From Octopus sinensis (taxonomy: Eukaryota): DNA of 64,000 bases. This document shows positions 24,575-37,299 of the stretch, one piece after another (position 1 is the first letter of the stretch; the number at the start of each line of letters is the position of its first letter). The translations under genes were made by a program, and so were the position numbers. Where the stretch lies: NCBI RefSeq assembly GCF_006345805.1, contig NC_043001.1, positions 65,596,001-65,660,000 of the forward strand. Reading direction: 5' to 3'. The notes beneath the pieces are model-generated. The model worked only from the letters and a program-made list of their open reading frames with translations, did not search any database and was not told where the DNA came from.

Positions 24575-25290
24575 AGTCGGGTATTTGTTGACGTGCTTAA
24601 TCATAAAAGCCACATTTATCAAAAACGAAATCTTGGTAGGAAGTACTTCTCCAACTGTACTAAAGAAAGAAACCTCAGTTTGTTTTAGAGTGTTATTTCT
24701 ATGAATGAAACCATGTATTCTGCCCATTTCTTCCTTTTCTTAAAGGACTGCAACTTCCAAACATTACTTACTTCCAAACATTACTTACACATACTTTTCT
24801 TTATTATAGCATCAAAGTTGATTGCATATGCATAGTGTTTCTTCACTCGATAGCTGTTTTTAGTCGAGCATTCAAACCATATTTATGACCCATAATCGAC
24901 ATCAACAAAAAAATTACCAGAAAAAGAAAAAACAATTACAGCATCATTTCTGTAATTTTACTGTTACCTGTTAGGTCAAGCTGTGGACTGACTGTTTGTG
25001 TTTGGTCTTTTATTATTTATTAACCGCTAAAGTTACTCACACATACGTTCCATCTTCGAGCCCCCAGGTGTCTTCCTTCCATTTTCCACCTTTTCTAATG
25101 CTCCTATCATGGCAACTATTCCTCTTTGCTGGCTCTGTTCACACACCCACAGAGAAATTCTTTTCCTACTCATCTCTCCTTCTCCCATCATTCAGAACTC
25201 TTGGCGTCATACTAATCCCGACACCCAGTCCTCTTTTCCCTGAACGTCGAGCCTGTGGAATCCCTTCCCTGCACTTCTTTCCTGCGGGTA

Positions 25291-25381
<91 letters not shown>

Positions 25382-25393
25382 ACACACACACAT

Positions 25394-25505
25394 AGAATAA
25401 GTACTAGACTTACAAAGAGTTAGTCCTGGAGTCGATATGTTCGACTAAAGATGGTGCTTCAGCATAGCCGCAGTCAAATGACCGAAACAAGTAAATGAAA
25501 TAAAT
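25394..25505 (+). mobile_element. SINE family A 3' tail
   Basis: AATAAGTACTAGACTTACAAAGA..AGTCCTGGAGTCGAT.TGTTCGACTAAAG..GGTGCTTCAGCATAGCCGCAGTCAAATGACCGAAAC. Confidence 0.8.
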
Positions 25506-25863
25506 GAATGCCTATATTTCGTTTTGGGGTTTGGTTTGCAAGATTCTTTATGTGAGTTCTTCTGTTGAAGCATATTCTGTTGTATCTGGAGAGAGTCATT
25601 CTCTTTTAGTGCCTTATTTAACACACTCACCGGTAAAGTTTCCATTCATTTACTTATTTATTTTTCCAAAAGTTTCGTTGCGTCTTGCAACTTTTTCAAT
25701 AGTTGTTGACTCTGTCCGTTATCTGAGCTGCGTTCTATTTGTTTGTTTGTGCACATGTGTGTGGGTCACTGTGTGTGCGCATACACATGTATGTATGTAT
25801 GTATGTATGTATGTATGTATGTATGTATGTATGTATGTATGTATGTATGATGTATGTATGATG

Positions 25864-25894
<31 letters not shown>

Positions 25895-26189
25895 GTGTAT
25901 GCATGTATATATGTATATGTGTGCGTATGTATATATGCATGCATGTGTGTAGGTTTGTATGCTTGTATTATATATATTCATGTGTTTGTGTGTTCATGCT
26001 TGTGTCTTTTTATGTGTGTGTGTGTTTACCCTCGTCTCCTTGTGTGTGCATGTTTGAGTGTGTGTATGTGTGCTTGTCTCTTCATATTAGCTATGTACCT
26101 ATCCGTCTCTATGTCTGTCTGTTTATTTTCATATTCATTTGCCTACATACATGTGCATACACACACTCACACACTCACACGCATAAATT

Positions 26190-27030
26190 CATTTACATAA
26201 CAGCCCACTAACTATTCTATCTGTATAAAAATATAATCTGTGGGTACGGGGGTATGATTACCTACTATGTAAATTTCCTATTTAGTACTGGGGATGTTTC
26301 ATTTATGAGGATGTACTACTGTATTTGTCTTAGAGTTGGGTCCTATGGGTGCTTGGATAAGATGCAGATGTCAAGTTGACCCAGGTTGCCTCCATGCTGG
26401 CCCTTGGCATGTTGGTAGAGTATGGAGGACTGTTTTTGTCGTCATATTGTCTCAAATGTTCATTTTGTCGTTCCGCAATGCTCCTAGATGACTCCCCTAT
26501 GTATGTCATGTTCATGTCTTTACAAGCACCTTCTATGCATCTTATGCTGTAGACTAAATTTCTAGTTCTACAGTTAATGTCAGGGCTAATCCTACATACC
26601 ATGCAGTTATCATTGGGTCGTATGTTATTCTCAAAGGGGTACGTCCTACATAGTTCTCATCTGATGGAGTTACCTGGCTTTTCAACAATCTTAATGTTGA
26701 GTTTAGTCTCCTTCAGATCTTTCCTAAATCTACGACAAATGTGTGACAAAGCTGAGTTCTTGTGAACAACATATTTTGAAGTTATGGGTTTCATGTAATA
26801 GGAGTGGAGGAGCTGCACTCTATTGTTCATTGTCTCTAACCAAAGTTTAGTATCAGGTACAGGGAGTCTATTGTTGGGGTGCTTAGTGGGGCATTCTATA
26901 GTTACCTTGATACTTTGGTGGATGGAGTTAGCTATTTGCTGGATGCTCTCCATTACGTTCTTCTCTGTTTCTACACTACCGTCACTAGAGTTGGTCCTAA
27001 CTATGATATTAATGTCATCTCAGTAGATGG
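26190..27030 (-). mobile_element. PLE 3' part (RT YxDD, thumb, GIY-YIG), internally deleted; Neptune-like
   Basis: IY*DDINI, NRLPVPDTKLW, YYMKPITSK, CMVC..CRTRNLVYSIRC, MTYIGESSRSIAERQNEHLRQY. Confidence 0.85.
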
Positions 27031-27665
27031 TTAGAAGGTACTTGTAAAGACATGAACATGACATACATAGGACACATCTAGGAAATAACTAGTTGCCCCC
27101 CTTTCAATAAATGAAAATTTCAGATGAAGTACACCAATAAAACATTGCTAGGGTAATAGGCATTTTATGAAAAACAACACATAGAAACCAAGAAAGTAGG
27201 TCAGCAACCAGTAAAATCTGGGTTCAGTAGAAAAACATTTTAAGCGATAAGAGAAGGCTCATAAAGCTATCTTCTAGTAATAGGAAGTACACCATTATTT
27301 TATTATCGAAGAATTCCACTACAAACAATAGAACGGGAGAAATATCTACACACACCATTAATAGGAGCAGCGCAGAACGTCTAAATGAATATCTGAGACA
27401 ATATGACGACAAAAAACAGTCCTCCACACTCTAACAACATGCCAAAGACCCACATGGAGGCAACCTGGGTCGACTTGACATCCTCATCTTATCCAAGCAT
27501 CTAAAAGACCCAACACTCAGACAAATACGGGAGTATGTCCTTATAAATGAAACTTCTCCAATACTAAATAGGAAATATGCATAGTAGACATAGTAGATAT
27601 CATACCCCCATACCCACAGTTTACACAGGTAGAGTAGAATAGTTAGTGGACTGTTATGTCGATAG
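27023..27665 (+). mobile_element. Inverted second copy of the PLE GIY-YIG/3' end, interrupted by the 285-bp duplicate
   Basis: EGTCKDMNMTYIG, then the insert, then SSAERLNEYLRQYDDKKQSS..HGGNLG..DPTLRQIRE. Roughly 85% similar by eye to the reverse complement of 26190-26540. Confidence 0.85.
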
Positions 27666-27679
27666 ATGTATTTTCTGCT

Positions 27680-28710
27680 AAGGATTGTTTAAGTTTTCTG
27701 TCCCACCAGGCCATGAAGAGGCTGGCCACATCTCCAGCTACACCGACACCAATGGCTGCACCTTGAACCTACATGTATAATTTCTTGTTGAACATTACTA
27801 TGGTTCTTCAAGGTGGTTCTTACGCTAGTCCCTATTGCATGTGCTATCATTCCTTTCACCTGATTGTTGTTCTCAGGGTCTTGGGTGGGTGCGGTTCTGC
27901 GGTGCTTTTGTTCACTGCTGAGGTGATGGTGTGTGGTCTTCCTGTCTGTGACCTGGTGGGGCAGAATCTACTGATGTCATGGTCGTCTAAATAGTCACTG
28001 TCGTAGATTAGTCTAAGAGGGACGCCCAATTCCCTCGTGTCGACTTCATAGAACTCTACTTCACTCTCATATATTATCTCAATGCATTTCTCCACAGCAA
28101 AATTCCCTGTTCCTAATTCGCAGCTTCAGTTTTTGTAGGCCTTTGGCAACAGATGAACTGAGTTGGTGGGTACCCCTCCTCATTATGTTTTTTAGTGGTT
28201 TTGTTGCACTGGTCTAAGATGTGTCGGAATCTATTTCTAGCTAAGGAGATCTTTGTTTCTGTTTCACTGTCAATTTGGGGTGGGATACATACCCTTTTGT
28301 TGAAAGGTAAGTCTGTGGGGTAGATCCTCGTCATGTCATAAGATTTGTTGTTAGGGTTACAGAAGACAGAGTGTAGAGTGTTATTATCGTTTTGGCTGTT
28401 GTTGTTATAGTTGCTGGCATTGTTGTTGCTATTGGTGGTGGTGGTGGTGGTGGTGGTAGTGCTTGCGTTGTGTCCATTATTGTTGTTATTGTTGTGGATG
28501 GTGTTGGTGTTGATGTAGGTGGTGTTGTTGGCAGTGGTGTGGATGTTATAGTTGTTTGAGTGGGGAATGTTTTGGTTATCATTGTTATTATTGTTATTTC
28601 CTCTATTGTTGCTCTCATCAACATTGCTATTGTTATTGTTGTTCTTTGGTCTTGCATACATTGTAATTATAGGACTGTAATCCTTCTTAGACATGTTTCC
28701 AAGTTGCAAG
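27680..28710 (-). mobile_element. PLE 5'/RT-N part with Asn/Thr-rich trinucleotide stretch; Neptune-like
   Basis: ORF 28113-28709 has YDMTRIYPTDLPFNKRVCIPPQIDSETETKISLAR. ORF 27856-28095 has EKCIEIIYESEVEFYEVDTRELGV. Both resemble Neptune-type PLE ORF regions as I recall them. Confidence 0.6.
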
Positions 28711-29664
28711 AGGTTTAAAAACAGATAAAACTAAGGGTGGGACACAATGAGTAAAATTTACTGCATTTTTAACTTTGAGAAAAAATATATTTTCTACAAA
28801 TGTTCACTACCTTATAAAACTATATCAACTAGGCAAATGACCTTCTCTAAATATATTGAAACACTATAACATGTTCTGAACACTATTTCAGAAAATTATC
28901 TCTGTTGTCATTGGAGAAAACCAAAGACATATTTAGGTGGGGAAAATTAGACACCATAAAGATCAAAAGTACCACAATTAAAGTAGCAAGGAAAAATGAA
29001 AGAGAATTATGGAAAAATGACACATGATGTGAAATTAACGAAGCTCAAGTAAATTTGAAATTTCAACAGAAACTATTCTTTTTAGCCTCTTCACGATCTG
29101 CTGGAGTGGATCTCTTCCCAGTATATTTATTCACCGCGTCATTAAAGAGAAGACATTGAAATTAGTTGCCCCACTTTAGACATCATTTTTTTGAAAACTG
29201 GAAATTATAAAATTAAACAGAAAAGAATTTTGATAGTTAAACATAAAAAGTTATCCAGATATTTTATTAAAAACCTCAATTACAATCGGGTCAAAGTTTC
29301 CTGAAAAGTTTCCTGAAAATTTCCTGAAAAATGTACCTGTCACCTGACCATTTATCAAATTCTCTCCACTTCAAAAGTAACAACTATGCTGATCAACTCT
29401 TTACTTCCAGAGATGATTCAACAGTACAAAATGATGATGCAATATTTTCAATGTAATGGTTTCAAATAGGTAAGGAGAAAAGAACAAGAACGCAGAAATT
29501 ATTCATTTTGCCCCACACTAACTACAGTGAATTTCGTTAACCCATCTGTATATATATAAGTATGCAAGAACTTCAGATTCGCTACAGCTTTCTTTTTGGG
29601 GTATTGGGGGGTGAATATAGATTCTTAACCTTTTACTCAAACTGGACGACTTCAGGGTCGATTA

Positions 29665-31958
29665 CACTGGTCAACAAAATTAAATGTGCTATACTCATAA
29701 TGAATGCAAACTAACCTTTTTACACTAATTTTTCATGCTGATTTAAATTTTCTCTCCATTTGTATGCGGCACCTATCGTTTTTTTAGTAGACAATGCAAA
29801 TATTTACATATTTGTATATATGAAATCATTAACGTAATAAATAAGGACATATTTTTAGAAAGTAAATGAGTTTATTCAGTTAAAAATCATCACTATCATT
29901 CTACAAAGAGTGAATACACAGAAAATGGGTCAAACAAAGCAGACAAAGTTAGAACAACAGAGTTAGAAACATTGTGATTTGGATTTCCTGCGGTGCTCCT
30001 GATCTGGTTGATCACGGTAAAGTGTCCTGCAGTTGTCAGCCAGCATACTGTCATTCCAGAAGCCTTGGTACCGTTTCTCTATAGCACTAGTGTCCTGGTG
30101 ATATCTTTTACCATGTTCATCAGACACTGCTCCAAGGTTATATGCGAAGAAATCCAGGTGGGAGTCCAAGAAGTGAACTTTCAGGGACATGCAACAACTC
30201 ATTGCTGAATAACATTTCAGAAGATTCTTGATGCCATCCTTGTAGTCCATTGCCTTCTTGTTGCCCAAGAAATTTTCAAAGATCCAACTGAAAGCATTCC
30301 AAGCATGAAGTTCCAGTTCATCCAGTATTGTCTTGGATTTGACATCTTTGAATACTTCTCTAATTCGGGGTCCGATAAGATACCTTCTTTCAACTTCGCC
30401 TCTGTGATTTTGGGAAACTTGTCTACGATATACTCAAACCCTCTGGCATTTCTCTTCCTTAGTGTCTTTACAAACTGTTTCATCAGCCTTTACGTGCAAA
30501 GGTGGCAATAGGACATTACATGGATCTACAAGATGTGTATTCTTGACGCTAGACAGTCCTGGCTGGTATGATGTTCTTGTCTGCCAATTTGCTCCCGAAT
30601 AATGTCTGTCACTTGCCTTACAGTCCCACAGGCACAGGAAACAACAGTATTTTGTGAAACCGGACTGCATTCCCATTAACATTCCAATGACTTTTAAATA
30701 TCCACACATTTTCCATTAGCATCTTTCATAGGCATGAAGTAAAAGTTCCATATTCTCATATGATTTATGAAGATAAACGGAGTGTGCAATAGGAGGGCTT
30801 CAAATTACCATTATGGAGAAGTACAGCTTTTAAACTTTGTTTTGAAGTGTCAATAAATAAACGCCACTGTGCAGGATCATGATTTTGTGATAAACAATCA
30901 AAAAGTCCATCGATGTTACTGCAAAAGCAAAGCGGGCCGTCAACAGAAATACACGCTTGTAGAACCACATCTCTCTGCCGAAAATAAGTTACACCAACAC
31001 TGTGCTCTAGCAGATACTTCGCCTTCAGTCTTGATGCCAACGGTTCTGCTTTATCTTTTGAGAGGGATAGGTCTCTGACAAGGTCATTCAGTTCAGTTTG
31101 GGAAAATTTCTGAGGTTCAAAGCTATCATCAGCCACGTAATCTTCCTCAGCAGCACTATCATGACAGTCAGCATCATCAACGCCATCATCTGATGGAACT
31201 GGAATTGGCAGACTTCCATTGTGAGGCAGAATCCAAATTGGGATACACCATTTTTTTTTGTTTATTCTTTATAGAAAATCCTGCGATATTTATTTTGCAA
31301 AAATAAGTCATTAAAATGGTCTTTGGTCCCTCCATATCATTGGAATGGCAAAAGGCATGGACTTCTTCTTAATGAACCAGTCCCGTAAGCCATTTGAGAA
31401 CTTGAGCAGAAAAAATGTGGTGTCCTCAACTTGTCCTGATCTCCAAGAGGACAGTCAAAGTATAGCTTATAAATCTTCTTGATCTCTGGTGCTATTGTAC
31501 GTTTTTGAGCTTTCACAATAAATTTTCCACAAACATAACAAAACACACCAGGACAATTTCTACACTGTCTTGACATTGTAGAAACAAACACTTATATCTA
31601 TATTGAACTTGATGAAATATTTCATCAGACCAATTATGACTGGACAATTTGAGATGTTGAAATACCCATTTCATCAGACAACACTTGATTGGTTAATTTA
31701 AGAAGATGAAATATTGCATCTGAACTATGCAGCAATGAATAATGTAGTTTATTTTAAAGGTATGTTTCCATGATGTAAATGCATACATGTCATTAATTGG
31801 AATTTCTATTTAATGCATGAGCTAAAGCCAAAAAAACTTTCTCATCTTGAAAACTGTACGTGATGTCAAAAAACTAATTGTATATTTGAAATCAGCATTA
31901 AAAACTACACTAAGTACACCTTAACATATGCTTGATGAAAAATACTTGTTGACCAGTG
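29665..31958 (-). mobile_element. Chapaev3-type (CMC) DNA transposon, full length, transposase pseudogenised
   Basis: Perfect 13-bp TIRs CACTGGTCAACAA (29665-77 / 31946-58). TTA duplication at 29662-64 and 31959-61. Transposase fragments MSRQCRNCPGVFCYVCG, FSQTELNDLVRDLSLSK, WRLFIDTSKQSLKAVLLHNGN, GMQSGFTKYCCFLCLWD, PPLH, LGAVSDEHG.RYHQD. Confidence 0.88.
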
Positions 31959-32428
31959 TTATAAGTATATATGGTAAATGAATATGAGTGGAATCGATTA
32001 TGTTACGTATGATTCCACAGAATGATTCTTTATTTGCTTATTAATATATTTGCTAATAGAACAAAATATACAGATGATTTCTTCAGATGTTGTTTAAGCA
32101 AAATACATTAATTTCGTTCTTTTATTCTATTATGTAATGCATTAATATACAAATAAATAACCATTAAATGAAAACGCACGTAGCATAATTAAATAATCAA
32201 TTTCATTCATATTCATTTATAATAATATTTTACTCTGCGACAAATCTGCAGAATCTTGTTACATACACTAGATTTACATAAAGTGTAAAATCACGTATTA
32301 ACTAGTTAATATTGCATTATTTGTTTAATTGATTGGTTGATGGATGGAGAGTATTATTGGTATTTTTTTAGAGTACTCTGCTTGTCAAATACTCGAATAA
32401 ATCATCAAAACCCATACTTCTTGTGTGT

Positions 32429-32470
<42 letters not shown>

Positions 32471-33930
32471 ATAAAATCATAGTTTGTTGGTAAGGAGAGA
32501 ATCAAAATACTCGAAAATGCCAATAGTAGCTCCCTGCTGCCAGCTTTATGTCAAAGTGACAAACAAGGAATGAGATACAAAAAGACTATGGAACTGTCAA
32601 CATTCTGCCTTGTCTGTAGCCAAGACATTTAACTATTGCTCATTCAGTTCACTCAAATAACTAACATTCACTCGCATATTACACACGCACGCGCACATGT
32701 GTGTGTGTGTGTGTGTGTGTTCGTGCGTGTGTGTTGACAGTAGGTGGGTGGCTGGTTTCATTCATAGAAAATTCTCTCTGTAAAATTTTAAAACCCAAAT
32801 ATGATTTAAGAAGTATTAGAACGATTAATCGACGAAAGAGAAATAGAAACTGAACAATATTCGGGTTCATAAAAATACAAAATATCGTTATCATTCTGAA
32901 CACAACCATCGGAGGCTCCAACCTGAACTACACAATATGCAATAAATAAATAAATAAATAATAACAGCAAAAACGAAAATACAGGAACAATGAATAAATA
33001 AAATAAAAATAATAAAATCCAGGCAAACTGTGTCAAGAATCTGACTGTAAAAAGATATTTAATTTCACGCTAGGAGCTTAATAAAAAAATTTAGAAAGTA
33101 AATATAAGTAGAGTTAAAAAACAAAACATGATATGTGTAAAATATAAATAATGTTTTAAGATAGGACAACTTAACAGGGTTGAATAAAAAGAAATAAGAA
33201 AGAATCGAAAGTAAAATTATAAATCTAGCAAAGAGCGAAACTAATAAAAAAAATGTAACAAGTGCAGTAGAATTAGCCGAGCCACATGTTGACATTACTG
33301 CAATGTTATACTGGAATCAAAGAAACACCAAAATAATTGACTTAGAAAGAAAAGTCTAAAAATATATAAGGTTGCATTCCCAAAGCGACGCTTACGAAGG
33401 AAGGAGAAATATTGAGGAAATTATAGCGAGAAACAATAATATCAACTCCAAAGAACCACTTCTTCGAGGCTACAGATATAGAGAAATGTCAAGGACATTT
33501 TCACAAAACGAAAGGAAGAAAATAACGTGTATTCATATACATGCATACATGTATGCATGTGTGTGTATGTATGTATGTATGTATGTATGTATGTATGTAT
33601 GTATGTATGTATGTATGTATGTATGTATGTGTGTGTGTATGTATGTATGTATGTATGTATGTATGTATGTATGTATGTATGTATGTATGTATGTATGTAT
33701 GTACAGACACTAATAAACACAGATATATGAAATTAGATAGTTTTATCTCTTGAATCATTAACTTCAAGTAGAAATTCTGAATATTTCAGACCTGAAAGAA
33801 GATATTTCTAGGTTACTAATATTGATGTTATCGTTCCAGAAATTCAGCAGAAACTATGAAATATTAAATTTAATAAATAAAACGAATATTTCCAATTAAA
33901 TTATCAACATTTGATATTTAGACAATATAC

Positions 33931-34003
33931 CCTCATCTACCTTTTCCACAGACGTCCCTCGTCTACCTTTTCCATAGACATTCCTCGTCTACCTTTTCCT
34001 TAG
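33931..34003. repeat. 26-bp minisatellite, ~2.8 copies
   Basis: CCTC.TCTACCTTTTCCA.AGAC.T. starts at 33931, 33957 and 33983. Confidence 0.9.
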
Positions 34004-34902
34004 CACTTCACGGTAACAGCTGAAACAATGAAACAACGCAGCAATAGCTGACTTACAATATTTATTCCATGACTACCATTACTATTTACACAGATTTCAG
34101 CCAATGTATTTGAAGTTTAACATGTTAATCAATTGAACTTAAAACTCGTCATTCAGTTCGTTGCTTTTAAATTTAGGCGTTACTTAGAAGAAAAAAAGTT
34201 TAGTTAGATCATTATTTAATCAACCTAATTAGTAATTTGATTAATACTGACGGAAACTACATTCTATGAAGTTATTATACAAAGTTTAGCATGCTTGAAT
34301 AATTAGTACTTAGTGTTTTTCACAATGCTTTTTATCTACTGTCGCTTTCTATATCACTGGCTACCCCGTCATTTTCCCGCATTACCATTTCAGAACTCCT
34401 ATTCAAGGACGCTGAAATTCAAATAAACAATCTCTACTACTTCTACGTAAAGAAGTTCCACACTTTAATTTCATTCATTCAATGTTGTATATATTTGTTT
34501 AGCTTTATTAAAGACAATGAGTAAAACATTTAGATTGCTTTCCTCTTTATACTCGTTGTTCAGAAAACATCAGAGCATTCTTTGCTGCAGTGATTAAAAA
34601 AAAATAAAAAGAAAACACAATATTGTGTTTCTCAGACGAACTACTCATTAGCAAGTAATTAATGTTTCAGCAATTATCTAGTCATTCATTTCTGACACCT
34701 TTTCCACTGCTGTGCGAAATGTAAATATTTAAATAAACCTGGGAATCTTCGCTTCCTGTAATTAAACTTTGCCTTAACAGATATCCCAAGTACTTTTTAA
34801 GACTCAAAAATATCTCAGTGTTTTTAAAGACTTTTTTCTAATTATAAACAGTTAAGATATTTATAAATGTAATCCACAATTAACCGGAAAAATATTTCAT
34901 AC

Positions 34903-35120
34903 CATTCTTTTATTCTTTTGCTTGTTTCAGTCATTTGAGTGCGGCCATGCTGGAGCACCGACTTTAGTCGAATAATTCGAACCCAGGACCTATTCTTTGT
35001 AAGCCTAGTACTTATTCTATCGGTCTCTTTTGCCAAACAACAAAGTTACGGGAACGTAAATACACCAACATCGGTTATCAAGCGATGATTAGGGTGGGGA
35101 CAAAAACAAACACACACATA
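34903..35120 (-). mobile_element. SINE family A, 3' half
   Basis: Reverse complement of the tail seen at 62560-62718 (GATAGAATAAGTACTAGGCTTACAAAGAATA.GTCCTGG...GGTGCTCCAGCATGGCCGC). Confidence 0.85.
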
Positions 35121-35215
35121 CACACATGCATACATATATACATACATACATACATACATACACACATACATACATACATACATACACACACACAAACACA
35201 AACACACACACACAC

Positions 35216-35279
<64 letters not shown>

Positions 35280-36570
35280 CGAGGGGCGTTCAATAAGTAA
35301 TGCCCCTGACCCACTTCCCATAGCAGTAGAACAACGAAACTTGGCACAGTTATTAGTCCTTTTCTACATAGGAACCACCCAGAGTTACGCATTTCTCCCA
35401 TCGTTTGATGCGGCTCTGGAGACCGTTTTTGTAGAAGAACCCAGCTTGGTCCTCCAACCTCAACGTGACTTCAGAAATCAAGGCTGCATCATCTGGGAAA
35501 CGCTTTCCTTTCAAAAACAACTTCATGATTGGGAAGAGGTGAAAATCAGAGGGTGCAAGGTCAGGAGAGTAGGAGGGATGGGGAGGAGTTCATAGCCATA
35601 CGCCTGTGCTTCTGATCTGGCGACAAGCGAGTTGTGGACCGGAGCGTTGTCCTGCAGGAGGAGGATGCCTTTGCTGATCTTGCCCCGTCTCTTGATTTTG
35701 ATAACTTCTCTTAATTTCCTCAAAAGTGAAGCATAATAGGCTCCTGCAATTGTGGTACCCTTTGCCAGGAAATCTGTCATCACTACTCCGTCCTGGTCCC
35801 AGAAGACTGTGAGCATGACCTTACCAGCGGAGGGCTGCACTCTTGCCTTCTTTGGAGGGGGTGAGTCACGGTGCTTCCACTGCATTGACTGGGTTTTGGT
35901 CTCTGGATCATCGTGATGGACCCAGGTTTCATCCTGTGTAATCAGTCTTTTGAAAACTTTTGACTCATCTTCTTGGCACATCTCCAAATTCACCCTCGAG
36001 CACTCGACGCGTTCTTGCTTCTGGAAAGGCGTGAGCAACCTGGGAATCCATCTGGCAGACAACTTTTGCATATGCAAATGGTCATGAATGATAGTTTCCA
36101 CAAACCCGGTACTAATCTTGACATCATGGGCTATTTGGCGAATAATTACGCGTCGATCTTCCAAAATGGCAGTCTCAACTTGACGGACAGATGCCTCATC
36201 AATGGCAGAAGGGGGCGACCAGATCTGGGAGCTGTTTCCACAGAGTTCCGACCATGTTTGAATTCACGATGCCAGCATTTTACAAGGTCATATGATGGGG
36301 CATCATTACCATAAGTTACTTTCATTTCATCAAAAGTCTCCCGTGGTGTGCGTCCTTTCAAATACAAAAACCGGATCACTGCTTGACACTCAACAGGCTC
36401 CATTTCACACTTGACTCGGTTCAAACACCTGTAAATCAGAAACCACAATTAATTCAGAGCTGTAATTTGCCACTTACTCTATAGAAATATAAATAATTGC
36501 ACATGCAAAATTTCAGCTAGATCAAACAACTGCAAGTGGGTCAGAGGCATTACTTATTGAACGTCCCTCG
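35280..36570 (-). mobile_element. Complete mariner (DD34D), 1291 bp
   Basis: 37-bp TIRs CGAGGG(G/A)CGTTCAATAAGTAATGCC(C/T)CTGACCCACTT with two mismatches. TA on both sides (35278-79, 36571-72). Confidence 0.97.
35353..36403 (-). pseudogene. Mariner transposase with two frameshifts
   Basis: Starts MEPVECQAVIRFL. Motifs SARWIPRLL, ITQDETWVHH, QDNAPVH. The HPPYSPDLAPSDF motif is recoverable after a frameshift near 35575. Ends GGSYVEKD*. Confidence 0.92.
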
Positions 36571-36574
36571 TATA

Positions 36575-36960
36575 TATTATATGAAATCCGTTCTGTGTGT
36601 GTGTGTGTGTGTGTCTTCTAGGATCTTGGGCATCCTCCATCCGATTGCGCTCAAATTTGATATGTAGATACGGACGGTATCAGGGCGTGTATAAGTCTTG
36701 AAAAATTACAAAAATAGATTCCAGGTGAGAATGCGATCGATAAAGCCGTGGGAACGTGCATTTGTACGTGCAAGTACATCAGATATTGCGATCGATACTA
36801 CGCGTACGCGAGGAAAATGCACGTGCAGTTTGCGCAAAAAAGCCGCCTGTTTGGTGTCTCAAATTTAGGTTAAATCTGTGTTTCTCAAAGGGGAGGCCTA
36901 TGGGACGGTCGGGCAAATTGTTTTGAGAAAATTTGGTTTAAATGTTTGACAACTCATTTA
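36575..36960 (+). mobile_element. Probable non-autonomous Helitron-type element with 5' (TG)n
   Basis: ATTATGAAATCCGTTC(TG)n...CATCCGATTGCGCTCAAATTTGATATG resembles the 5' module of microsatellite-bearing non-autonomous Helitrons. 3' end not identified. Confidence 0.45.
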
Positions 36961-36988
36961 ATAAATAAATGCGCCCTTTTAAAGCATA

Positions 36989-37205
36989 GTCAGGCTTATT
37001 GGCCCGGTTTCCCGGTTTCAATGGCGTATGTATTCCCCAGCTGGATGGGACGCCAGTCCATCATTTTTACCAGCTGAGTGTACTGGAGCAACGTGAAATG
37101 AAGTGTTTATCTCAAGAACACAACGCGTCGCCCGGTCCATGAATCAAAACCACAATCTTACGATCATGATACTGACACCCTAACCACTAAGTCACGCGCC
37201 TCCAC
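36989..37205 (-). mobile_element. tRNA-derived SINE, family C
   Basis: Minus strand GGAGGCGCGTGACTTAGTGGTTAGGG (A box) ... GGTTTTGATTCA (B box relic), central GTGTTCTTGAG..AAACACTT, tail GATGGACTGGCGTCCC..GAAACCGGGAAACCGGGCC. Confidence 0.8.
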
Positions 37206-37299
37206 ATATATAAATATATATATATTTCTAAATGTAACTACATGTAAATCGTTGGCGTTTTTCCCTATCCCTATATATATATATGTATATATATATATA

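Noticed and set aside
28380-28650. Asn/Thr-rich 198-aa ORF as a prion-like or host protein
   Set aside because: It is a trinucleotide tract, in frame by construction, joined to PLE-like coding sequence.
28720-29345. Possible non-autonomous DNA transposon (AGGGTGGGACAC start, TTTCCTGAAAA repeats)
   Set aside because: Could not find convincing matching TIRs or a TSD.
29411-29469. Strong acceptor (CTTCCAG) and donor (AG|GTAAGG) around 59 bp
   Set aside because: All three frames contain a stop (TGA, TAA, terminal TAG). It cannot be an internal coding exon, and there is no other support.
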